Part shown: piece by piece, positions 53,001 to 63,546 of the stretch
Numbering within the stretch: the stretch's first letter is position 1
Layout: each line of letters opens with the position of its first letter
Assembly: GCA_009103225.1 (NCBI GenBank)
Contig: RHPI01001559.1
Coordinates: 293,921-357,920, forward strand
Direction of reading: 5' to 3'
Source of the DNA: Chlorokybus atmophyticus
Lineage: Eukaryota; Plantae; Mesostigma and Chlorokybus algae
DNA length: 64,000 bases
Notes under the pieces: generated by a model
Seen by the model: only the letters and a program-made list of their open reading frames with translations
Told to the model about the DNA's origin: nothing
The model's database searches: none
Program-made: the position numbers and the translations under genes

Positions 53001-53790
53001 AGCTATGCGACCCTTTCACAGACAATGTAATCCGCTTACCGCCTTTCTTTACTGTGCACAAGCGTGCACCCGTATCCAATGTCATTGTGACATTATTTTG
53101 CCATTCTTGGCCTAGTACCACATCAACACCAGATATGTTGATTGCTACTACTATAAAGGCAAGATTGGCATAATAATTACCAATTTTAACCTTCAATTTT
53201 ACTTCTCCCGTCACTGGCAATGTACCCCCAGCACCGGCAGCCGAAAATGCTGAGGGTTTGCGCATGATTTTATTGCGCGCAACCCATTGCTCGTCCACGA
53301 AGTTGTGTGTCGCACCAGTGTCAATCAAAAACGAGCTATTCACACCTTGCATTGTGCCACTGAATGTCCACAACAAAGGTACCACTCGTCCTTGAAAGGT
53401 AGCCAAGAATCCGTGACTAATGCGGGGGTTGATTAATATTGCTGATAATCGAATTGTCCCAGTCTCGCGCTTGGTGAATTGTTTTAAAACAGTACCCCCT
53501 CGAGTATACTTCAACCATGGGCCATGATATTTTGGCACCATTGCTACCACACTCAGGGATCTGTGTTTACATTGCAATTCACTCAATGTGTGCAACACGT
53601 CGGTAAGCATGTTAAATTTCACATGTACCAGTACACAAGTATTTGCTTCCACTGTTGCAACATCAAACAGTGGTAACTTGTGATGTGTTTGCCATGCATG
53701 CGTCATTACATGCATTTGAGACAGATTATCAAACCAGTTAACTGCTTGTATCTCAAGCAACTGACTATCAACCTTTGCTACATCAGCCAC
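50029..53790 (-). CDS. pol: Pol (protease, RT, RNase H, integrase, chromodomain) with one in-frame TAA at 51235-51237
   Basis: FLIDTGATHNFV, LRMCVDYRALN, VYLDDIIVFS, DASTLGCGAVL, SMDLITEL, QTDGQTERAN, WIGPF and YEVEAILSHR...LVKWKGY...NTWEP. Confidence 0.95.
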
Positions 53791-53799
53791 AGCGTAATC

Positions 53800-55266
53800 C
53801 TATTCAACCTTCTTGGCTTTGCCCTTCGCCTTCGTAGGACAGGCCTTTGCAACGTGACCCGGCTGATGGCAGATGAAACAGGTGCGAGCTGCAGTAGGTG
53901 CATTACCAGCAGACGTACCACCAATTCGAGGAGCGAATGTCTTCGCTTTCTTCGCCACATGTACACTCGGCGGAGGATAGCGCTTTATTCCCCCCCCTTG
54001 CGGCTTGGCCATAGCTGTCACGTTCGACTTTTCCTGCACGACCGTGTCATCATTGTACAGGTAAACACTTAGCTTTTGCAGCTTGGCCAAGTCATCAGGA
54101 ACCCAAGGAAGCCCCGTTGCAGTGTTGTACTGCAGCTGATCGCGAACACGCGCATCCAAGCCACGCTTGTACAACTCGAACTGCTCAGCTTTGTCCATAG
54201 GCATCAGGCCGCTATTGGCACGACCAACTAATGCTTGGAACTCCTGCAGATACACTGATGCTGCTCGACCATTCTGTCGCAACTTGCTAAGTTTGTTACG
54301 AGCCTGAGTAGCCGGATCCATGCCACCATAGCGCTCCATCAGAAACTGAAACAGTGCTGGTACTGTCTTCACAGCGCCATGCTCTGTTTGTCGTGCCCAC
54401 TCGGCGAGAGCATCAGATGGCATAAGCAACTCAGCAACGGCAACGTGCTCACCCACCGGGCGCTTTAGCGCTGTCAGGTAATGTTCGACAGTCACCACCC
54501 AATCATGGATACTTACACTACCGTTAGGCTTGAACTTTTCAGGTTTGTTCAATGCCGTAACCGGCAGCCCCACTGATGCGCCAACTGATGAAGCAGCACC
54601 CGCTACTTGCTGACGCAGCGCCATCAACTCAGATTGCATCGCATCGAGGCGTGCCTCCAACTTCACTCGGCCAGCCAACTTATTTTCCAAGTTAGGTCCC
54701 AAGTACCAGAACACATCCTTGCAACGCTGCTGCGTTTCAACCATCAAGTTGGCTAAGGCCTCAAACGCCATCCGCTTCCCTTCGTATGGGAGCGGCCTAT
54801 CGTAGACGGCCATCAGAGCAGCCACTTTTGGATCACCACGCACGAGTGGCGGAACATTGTTCGTCAACTCGTGCTCAATCATGCGGATCACCATCTCCTT
54901 ACTAGTGCGAGGGAGAGTGGCAAAATCTGTTTCATAGCCATTACGAACCTTCTGCGCCCATGCATCCCACACTTCTTGACGAAGCTGCGGGTGGGCGTCA
55001 AGTAAAGTCTTGCGCTCGCGCGCATACTTTTCAATGGCTCCGCCAATGACACTCGGTGTGTCCATTACAGCTGGCTCACTGTGGGTAGACAGGTCGGGGG
55101 AAGCTTCGCTATCTTGCTTAGCCTCTTCTTCCTTGTCACTGTCAGTGAGCTTATAGCTCTCACTCGTGTCCGAGTCCCTCACTTTGTCATCACTGGATGG
55201 CTCATATGAGGATGATGAATCAGGGACGGTGAAGTACTTTTCACCTCCCTCTCCTTGGTCAGACAT
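53800..55266 (-). CDS. gag: Gag with a CCHC zinc knuckle
   Basis: ATG at 55266; KPEKFKP capsid-like region; CFICHQPGHVAKAC; ends in a TAG that is in frame with pol. Confidence 0.9.
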   Translation of the reverse strand: MSDQGEGGEKYFTVPDSSSSYEPSSDDKVRDSDTSESYKLTDSDKEEEAKQDSEASPDLSTHSEPAVMDTPSVIGGAIEKYARERKTLLDAHPQLRQEVWDAWAQKVRNGYETDFATLPRTSKEMVIRMIEHELTNNVPPLVRGDPKVAALMAVYDRPLPYEGKRMAFEALANLMVETQQRCKDVFWYLGPNLENKLAGRVKLEARLDAMQSELMALRQQVAGAASSVGASVGLPVTALNKPEKFKPNGSVSIHDWVVTVEHYLTALKRPVGEHVAVAELLMPSDALAEWARQTEHGAVKTVPALFQFLMERYGGMDPATQARNKLSKLRQNGRAASVYLQEFQALVGRANSGLMPMDKAEQFELYKRGLDARVRDQLQYNTATGLPWVPDDLAKLQKLSVYLYNDDTVVQEKSNVTAMAKPQGGGIKRYPPPSVHVAKKAKTFAPRIGGTSAGNAPTAARTCFICHQPGHVAKACPTKAKGKAKKVE

Positions 55267-56094
55267 CTGCCCAAGGATAACACTGTTCAAATAGTGCACA
55301 AACACGGAAAGTTGTGCACTATGAAAACGTCGAATACTAGTGATTTTGTCCTGTCAAGTTTGGAGGGGTAAACGTGGAGTATTCAGCCCAAACAAGAGCT
55401 CTCCACACACCTCTCAACTAGACAATCACTGTGCAACAAACCGCACGCGAATGCACGCGACGGCTCACGAGCTATGGCTGCTCAAAGTTTTCACTTTGTA
55501 CAACCCAGCTCAACTTACAATCACAATTGACACCCAAAGTGCCAAAATCTCGTTGAATCAGCCCTACAGGCCGATATCGACAAGTTGTGAGTTGTGAGTT
55601 TGATATCGACCGCACAGAAAAATTCTGGCGGCCTCACCGCACTGACTGGCGGTACCGAGACAGTCGATGTTGCCACCGAACTGCCCCCAAGGGAATTTAT
55701 CCAAAAAAATAGATAAAAAGCCCTTCACCACCACGAATCCACGTGGTGGTTAGCACACAAAGATTATAGTAAACAATATATGATTACTATGTTATGTGCT
55801 TGGATGCAATGCTTCAGGGAGGGGCCTGGATGGCCGCCCCCCTTCACACAATAACAACTAAACTATGACAAGTTAGGCATGGCATGGCATGGCATGCATA
55901 GGCTAGGCTAGGCTAGGCTAGGCACCAGCAGCAGCGTTTAACTACAACAGTTAAACCAAACAAAACTTTTAACTACCGCTAGTTTGCCGCCGCAGTGCCG
56001 CCTGCCGACGCAGTGCCTGCCGCCGCCCCTGCAGTGCCTGCCGCCTGCCGCCGCCCCTCCCACAGGCCCCTTGCCGCCCGTGCTCCGATACCAA

Positions 56095-56433
56095 TGTCAG
56101 GAGAGAGGGTGTGCCCCTCCTCCCTTTAATCCCCTACCCCAACACCACCACCAGCCTCGCCGCCGCCGCCGCCACTGCCGGGGCAGTTGCCAGAGCAAAA
56201 GATGCTCTGGCTATGGCGGCCGCTGCGTTAGCAGCGCCGCCATGCAGCTGATATCAACATGAGACTCATGTCTCATGTCGATATCAGTGTTATAGTTAAG
56301 TAACACTACATTAGGGCCTTAACACTAGGTTAACGGCCCTAATAAGGCTTAATAGGCTGTATAATCCCGTTGGGACCCTTATTTAATCCTAAATAAGGGC
56401 GGGGAACCTCTATGGAGGTAGCACACCGTTACA
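56095..56433 (-). repeat. Chromovirus 5' LTR (339 bp)
   Basis: Followed on the minus strand by the PBS. Confidence 0.97.
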
Positions 56434-59400
56434 GACTGGGCTCCGGTCTAGCCATAGGCAGCATGTTCACAATGGTTGTCTTCAGTTTGCAGTCATGCAT
56501 GTTTGGGTATTCAATTCTGGACAGCACTGCTGCATGTACGAGCTCGCTGAATTGGTTGAAAGCTGCCTGCTCTTGCGGAGTTTGGTCTGTGACAAACGCA
56601 GGATCTGAACGCGGTGATCGTCCCTGAGTGCCAACAGAGGGCGCTGGCATGACCGGAACTGCAGGTGCCCTCAATCCACCCTCACCTAATGTTCGCCAGC
56701 GCACATGCTGTTGGCAGGCAAAGGTTAGCACTCCCCATCCAGAGCTTAGCACAGGTAGCACTTGTTGCACATGCCTGCAGGCAGTGCATGCTGTACATAG
56801 AGGTCGCTCACCGGCACTGTGGCTGGGTATGCTGGTAGCTGGATATTGCATGCAGGCTGTGGCACAACGGCTTGTGTCGTGGTGCAATGCAAGTCAGCGT
56901 CTCCTCTCCCGTTAAACCGTAAGGAGTGCCCGGTTTTGCAGTCCCAGTTGTCCACGGTCGCAACCACAAAATTGCCGATGTTGATGTCCACAGGCGCGGG
57001 AGTGTTGAGGACAACCTTTACACGAGCAGAGATGTGCCTGCGCGTACAACCACGATGAGTTCGCTCACCTCTTGCAGCCGATAAGTGCATGTTGCTGTTG
57101 CTCACCTGTTTAGAGTAGGCTTGCTGACACATGCTGCAAACTGATTTAGCACTGTTTGCAGCGACGAGAACCTACTCATAGAGTCCACTGCGTCCGCAAG
57201 CGCTACATGCACTTTGGAGTACGCCCTGTTGTTGCGCATGTACAGCGCGCAAGCAAACAGGTACGCTGTCTGCACTTGCATGTCGTGCAGTCTTGGGTTG
57301 GTTGAGTCGTTGATGTCAACTCCAGTGTCACGCAGATTCTTTTGCATGCTGCGCATGCCAGTAAGGGCACCGAACAACTTGCTCAGTTCTGGGTTGCTTG
57401 GACGCAAGTCCTCAATCACCTCCAACGTCCGCAGGTCAGGTACGCTGCGCGCATTGATCTTGGCGCGCTGACGAGCTTCTTCTATCATCAGTCTAGCCAG
57501 CCATGCCAGCTGTGTGTCCGTGAGTGCATTATCTTGGGCAGAGGTGGACGATGCAGTCTCTGAACCCTGGCTGGCGTCAGCAATGGTTGAAGAGCTCTGC
57601 ATGCGTCGCAGCAGACAGTGAATGGGGTCGGACCATGAAGCCAGGAGCAGGTTGCCAAGCCGTGGACTAGTGGTATGTACTTGCAGAAGATTGCCTAATG
57701 CCCGCTTCAGAACATTTAGCAAATTGCGATTGTCAACTCTGAATTGTGTGGCAACCTCTGGCAGGAGCAGACACGCATCCATTTCCCTGAGTTCGCGCCA
57801 GACATGCTTGCCTGCTGCGATCAGCGGCCCATCTCCTACGAACGAGGCTTCGCAGGAGTCCCAAGCGACTAGCTGCTCGGCAGACCGTCTGGGGGAAGGC
57901 TGGCGAGAGGAGCCAGGACTACGGTTGTTGCTCTCCCCGCCTCCACCGCTTGCACTGTTTCTCAACTCCTGCACCAAAGCCTCAAAGGCATCTACGTCTG
58001 CCATGGCAGCAGCTAGACTTTGCTCTGCTTGGGCCCTGCCCCGCTTAGCTTCATCTGCCACAGCCTGCAGCTTGGCGTAGTGCGCGTCCCAACACTCCAA
58101 GTCTGCCAATGCATTGCCCAGACTTGACTTCAGCTGGTCACACTCCAAGCGCGCTACTGAAAGGTCAGTCCGCGCCTGCCTTTCTTTGCGTTCACATTCC
58201 TGCCAGTTGCATCATGTAAGGTAACTAACAAGTGCTTCTTACACCACGTACATCCCGACAGGTGACCTGCTGTCTTTGTTGCCAAGTGCGTTTCTCCGCC
58301 TGCCAGTCCAGCTCGGCCTGGGTATGCTCACTACACATGTCCATATACTGTCTCCGGGCTTCAGCACAATTGCTTGAGATTGCTGCCTCCGCAGCAGAGG
58401 CCTCGCTCATTTTCCTCCGATAATAATTCACGGTAGACTCCAACTCCTAAACACCACTGCTTGTACACATACTATGGCTAGACATACTTGCCCCCCACCC
58501 CCCCACCCACACCATGCAGTCATAGCTTGAACCACACATGGAACGCTGGCATACCAACACATTACCTTACACATCGAATGCAGTGCCTGGTTCTCTGTGC
58601 GCAACTTGTCAACTGCCTCCAATCCAACTTCACTGCAATGGCCCTAGTTGACCACATTGCACATTTGTTGGGACATAGTTGCACACAGTGCACACCACAC
58701 TTACACCGTGCTTGTTGCGCGCACAACGCACAGCATTGGTGCGCAACAACTCAACAATTACAAATGCAATAGCAACACGTTTGCCACAAATGCGCTATAT
58801 GCACATGTCACACGCACATGTCACATTACACATATGCACGGGTAAACACTCAACCACGATACTTGTGCACTCGAGCACACACATGAGATGCACTCGTGTG
58901 TTGCACTTGCATGAACACAAGAGCACACCTCATTAGCAGCAGCTTCGAATTGGCGCCTAACGTGATTGAACTGCATCTGCTCACCTTCGTGCTCCAATTC
59001 ACACCGATTGTCCGCATCTATATGTCGACAATGCGGAGAATTCAACATGTGATGCATAGAATATCATAAACACTATAAAGGAAGCTGTAGCCTTAAGTAT
59101 TGCTCTACCTATACTAAATTGGGAACCTCCTATTATATGGCAGCGGACCTGCATTGGCTGCAGCGCTAGGAGCTACAAATGGGCGTAATACACCGATGCT
59201 TGGACCCTTGCCAGGTCCATGGCGCTGAGGTTGTGCACCAGATGCCTTGCCTAAGCTGCTGACTCCAGGAACACTCTGATGGATAATAGATCCAACAGAG
59301 CGGGCTGCAGACGGAACAGGCACAAACTCCCCCTAACATGCCAGCACTACAATCACTTACACGCACTGTCAAACACAAGTGGCTTTGCGAAGGCACACAA

Positions 59401-60681
59401 CTCATCGAAGGTGTCTGCATGTACATGGTCTGCGTCTCTGCCACTTGAGGAGGCAGAGCATACTCTGACTCTTCAGCCATGAAAGACTGAGAACCAGCAC
59501 CATCATCCGACGACAAAGGCTCTGCTGCAGGACAACTAGCGGCGCGAGATGGGGGGGGCAGAGGTACTGGTTCTGGCACGCGCTCTGGCGCAGGCAACGC
59601 GGGCAAGGGCACAGCCACAACAATGGCATCATCAACAAACTTGCCCTGCACAGAAGAATATCAGCTGCATCAACCCATTATGCTTGCGTGCACTAGCATT
59701 ATATCACTCACCGGCACTATCTTCATGGTATCATCCGCTATGTTATGCGAGAACATAACCCCCTTAGTCAATGCGTGCAGCTGGACGAGGTACAACGACA
59801 TGGTCTCATGCAGCTCACAGTCACGCCTCACAGCACCTCACATCAGGTCCATCCGAGCACGGCTCTTCGTAACCGACTGCTTCTGAGCGGTGGCATGAGC
59901 CTTGCGCTTCGCAAGCTCCTCGGGGGTCAGTGCAGACTTTCGCTTGGCCCTCTTTTTCGCAGGCGTCGAGCTCGCCGCTTGCTCCATCTGATCAGCTGAT
60001 GGCACCACGATGTCCAGCTGCTGACTACACCCGCCCCGCCCCACATCTCCATCATGACCATCGCCGTCCATCCCGCCGCCACACTTGGCGCCAAAACTTC
60101 AAAACAACATGCGCTAGCAAGCATGCCTGTTGCCAAAACGCATGTCATTACTGACTCGAGTACCGATTGGACCAGCAGAGATAACGCAACACGCATTACT
60201 GCATATCGCCTCTCAAAATCATCGACGACATGCGAAACCAAAACATCTGTCACTCGAGCGTCACGCAAGTGATCTATACAGTCACAACACTCGAGCTAAG
60301 TGGTGAGCGATCCAGACCGATCACTGCACCCTCGATCGCACGACTATCCCGAAACCAGAGAGAATTCCCAACTGTGCTTTCCGCCTGGTCACTTTATAAG
60401 TGCCATCATCGATGGGTCGCGACTTGCCTAATGGCAGTCGCGCCGAAGTTCGGCGGCCGAACTGACCAGTTCAGTCGGCGCGGCAGGGCGCGACCTGCCT
60501 ATTGCGGCGACGCGACCTGTGGGGCCGGCAGCGGCGCGCTATGCGCGCGCTGACCGGTATGGGCCTAAATTAGCCGGTCCTTGGCTGTGGGGCCGGTGAC
60601 CGACCCTAACAAACCCCTTCGGTAATTCCCCAGCTGACCGGGCAGCTGCCGAGGACGTCAGCGTTCTAAAGTGGGGGGGAA

Positions 60682-60760
60682 TGTAACGGGAAGGTACATT
60701 AAATTACCACAAATCGACCACAAAAGCACCAAGTCTTTTGTGGTCGAGTGGGCTGTGACA
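60682..60760 (+). repeat. TRIM 3' LTR (79 bp)
   Basis: Preceded by the PPT and followed by TSD TCCAT. Confidence 0.92.
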
Positions 60761-61275
60761 TCCATGCTAAAATCGCAGCATTAGAAGAGGTAAGAATTCT
60801 TACCTCGTCACGCATCCGATGGCATCGGCATTATCATCATGTAAGTTACAGTCACCTACTCACATAATGCTTGTCACTAAACGCACGGACGTGGCTGCGC
60901 ATTGCAAAGTACGGATAACTGCAGTGTTGTGACACCCCCTTGCATGCGTGCAATATCACTTCAGAGTTCTGTACCACACACCAACCGCAGTTTTGTATAC
61001 TGTTCCCCGCACACACGCGCTCACACGTTGCATTGCATATCTTGTATTCATCGCACTCAGATATGTTGCTTGACTTTTTTGTCCACAGCCCCATACATAC
61101 AAACAGGCAGCTACCAGAGTCATCCACAGTCCAACACATGCCCCTACACCACCACATTGGCTGCTAACACAGCACCAGCTGCAGCATGACAGCGCCTGAG
61201 CGGGGGAGAGGGACACCGAGTGTACAATAAATGCCAAACGCAAATGCCATGCATTTGACCACATGGGTCCTGCAG

Positions 61276-61900
61276 CCCGTGCCAGTACTGGCACAAACCC
61301 GTGCCAGTACTGGCACAAAAACCCCGTGCTAGTACTGGCAACCTGTATAAGACCCATGCCAGTACTGGCATAAACTATGCCATTACTGGTTTATGAATTA
61401 TAGACCTGTAATGGCACAAGTACTGTGCCGGCAATGGCACAGACGTCTTCACTGGCACAAAGTTGGTGCCAGTACTGATCGTGAATGGCTAACAAACCCA
61501 GCATTGGCACAACCATCTCACTCAGCACTGGCTTAAACTATTTTAACCCCAGGGCTGGTCTTAAACCGTGTATGCCAGCATTGATACAACTTGTCAAAGA
61601 CCAGCACCAGTTGCAGACCGCGTTTTCCAGCACTGGCACAACCTACATGCTTGCATATACTGGAAAGACCTGCTCACAAACCTTCAAGTCCCAAAAGACT
61701 CAGTACTGGCTTAAGCCCTCTGACACCGGTGCCGGTCATAGACCGTGCTTGCCAGTGTTGGTAAACCTGGTTTAAGACCAGCAACGGTTGCAACCTAAGT
61801 TTCCCAGCAATGGCACAAGCTACATGCGTTCCTATACTGGAAAGACATGCTCGTAAACCTCCAAAACCCAAAAGACTCAGAACCAGCAACGTTAGATAGT
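61276..61900. repeat. Clustered palindromic GTGCCAGTACTGGCAC motifs plus ~177-bp diverged tandem units; probable subterminal region of the CACTA element
   Basis: Perfect 16-bp palindromes at 61279-61294, 61301-61316 and 61356-61371 (ATGCC variant), plus several half-sites. Diverged direct repeats at ~61590-61710 and ~61770-61885. Confidence 0.7.
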
Positions 61901-63546
61901 TATACATGCCATTACTGGCTTACAAACTCGAGAGCACTGCAATTCGGAACTCAGGAAGCTCCCGCAGGCTAGACCCGCAGGCTAGACCAGGCCAGACCAG
62001 GCTAGACCAGGAGGCGGCTGCGGCTACTGCTGCAACCAGCAAACCCATTGGCGGAAGCTTGCAGGACCTCAAGGTCTTTGGGTGGAACGGTTCTGGAGCT
62101 GGAGAAACACTGTTACAGCTGCCAAACAGCTGCCAATGCTTCACAACCTACCGGTGTAGCACCGGGGCTGCAGACCCGGTGTTAGAACTTGCAAGGTTGC
62201 AGACGGCTGAACTGCTTGTTTGGTCAACATAAGCTTAGAATGCCCCAAAACCACTGCAAAAGCGTGTATTGAAAGCTATGCAACCAATGCCCCAGCTGTC
62301 ATCCAGCATCCCAAGCTTTCCAAGCTGATAAGCCGCTGTTGCATGCTCAGGGGTTGCTCACCAGGGTTAAGCCGGTCTAAGACCTGGTCTTTTGGTTGAA
62401 GCAGCGGGCTGGCCGGCTAAAACACCCGCAGCAAGCCAACTCCAGCTTTCCAGGTACGTCTATGCAAACTCTGATGAAGTTCGTTTTGATCCAGTCTTGT
62501 GGTTGTATTTTAGCTCTGGGTGGAATTCTTTCGCTTAGCCATGCATTGTTGCGCCTGTGCAAGTTTCCTCCAACCACCTGTCCGTTAGTAACTATAGTCT
62601 TGAATTAGCTCCTTGTCAAATGCCTAGCTAGTCCAAGCCAGCCAGGTCTTTCAGCTGCTATGGCTGCCTGTTGACAGTATCAAGCTAACATGCTCTTTCG
62701 TTTCTCCTAGTTCCATGGCTAGTCGCATTGCACAGCTGGACGCTATCGGCCGCCGCAATGCATTCAATGAGGCAGTTGCTTTACTCCAAGTGCCGGTCCA
62801 TAAAGCATTTAGACGTACGCAAGCAAAGTTCAAATAGCAGCAAAGACAGCCTGCATTCCAGCCGCGTGACAGTCAGCAGACTACCTTGAATGCAAGTCAG
62901 CACCAAAACCCATTGCAGTCCATTCCAAACATTGCGGAAGAGCAGCCGCGGCCAAACCACCAGCAAGAAAACCAAGACAATCCGCAACTTCTACCAGCCT
63001 CGCAAGACCTCTTACATGACCAGCATCACCACAACCTTGAGACACCAGAACATCCAATCCACACGCAAGACCCGCTGGGAGATTCTCTTCTTGCCAGTTC
63101 ACTGAACGGCATTCGTGACACTCCTGAGCTGCCATGTGACCAACCTCCACAACCCTCACCTGAACCAAAGGAGTTGCCTACACATCTGCAAGCAACGTTA
63201 GAACCATTGGTCCAGCCCAATGAAGACCCGGTTGCAGACCCACAGCTGTCTACATCTCTCAGATCCTGTCCATGCTCCAAGTGCAACAATGAGGTGACTT
63301 ACAGATCTTTTTGACCATGGCAGTCTTGTCTTTTGGTGGTTTTGATGGTTTAGGGCTTTCGTTGGCAGCGTGTTTGGCTAGATCCTAAGCTTTTCTGTCA
63401 CAGGTGCTGCAGAGGAACTCAGTAATCCAACTCCACTTGCACAAAGACCGCGTGCTTCAGCAGTTCCGGGCCATTCCCAAAGTTGTGTCACCTGCTGTAG
63501 CACCAGCAGAGAGTGACCCACTTACCGAGCACCCGAGAAGTCTTAC

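Larger units (their letters stand above)
49568..56433 (-). mobile_element. Ty3/gypsy chromovirus LTR retrotransposon, full length (6,866 bp)
   Basis: 339-bp LTRs at 49568-49906 and 56095-56433 with one visible mismatch. TSD GACTG at 49563-49567 and 56434-56438. PBS TGGTATCGGAGC (tRNA-iMet type) at 56082-56093. PPT at 49907-49919. Domain order gag-PR-RT-RH-IN-chromo. Confidence 0.97.
46187..60071 (-). pseudogene. Academ transposase-XPG nuclease-CXC gene, intron-containing, disrupted by a gypsy insertion and two nonsense codons
   Basis: Transposase motifs: VATVDNWD...LHCT, VVYLPLLP, VVAGDQKTW, FVGDWH, FAWDRPHYQR, GGFTVS...VALDEAHET. FEN/XPG-like motifs: VISEGM, VVFDD, HAEADSRVWVH, YSPDLD, TGSDYTSF. 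Cys cluster: CGCKKGMCANNQCRCKRAGNACGASCRCTEC. In-frame stops at 47661-47663 (TAG) and 47151-47153 (TGA). Frame-restoring introns at 48180-48255 and 56708-56811. The 5' exons are tentative. Confidence 0.82.
44967..60387 (-). mobile_element. AcademX-like DNA transposon (reconstructed ~8,550 bp)
   Basis: 21-bp TIRs CAGGCGGAAAGCAGAGTTGGG (44967-44987) and CCCAACTGTGCTTTCCGCCTG (60367-60387), 20/21 matched. 4-bp TSD GTCA at 44963-44966 and 60388-60391. CA...TG ends. Encodes transposase + XPG/FEN-like nuclease + CXC. Confidence 0.85.
44795..60760 (+). mobile_element. TRIM-like non-autonomous LTR retroelement (reconstructed ~541 bp), interrupted by a 15.4-kb DNA transposon
   Basis: 79-bp TG...CA direct repeats at 44795-44873 and 60682-60760 (76/79 identical). 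5-bp TSD TCCAT at 44790-44794 and 60761-60765. PBS-like TGGTCATCGGAGC at 44875-44887. PPT AAAGTGGGGGGGAA at 60668-60681. No retroelement ORF of its own. Confidence 0.92.

Noticed and set aside
47151-53802. Alternative genetic code (TAA/TAG = Gln) explaining the in-frame stops
   Set aside because: Host gene models end in TAG, TAA and TGA. The internal stops include a TGA, and a TAA at a conserved Tyr/Phe position.
44795-60760. A single 16-kb LTR element that captured a transposase gene as antisense cargo
   Set aside because: The TIRs and the GTCA TSD show an independent DNA-transposon insertion into a small TRIM.
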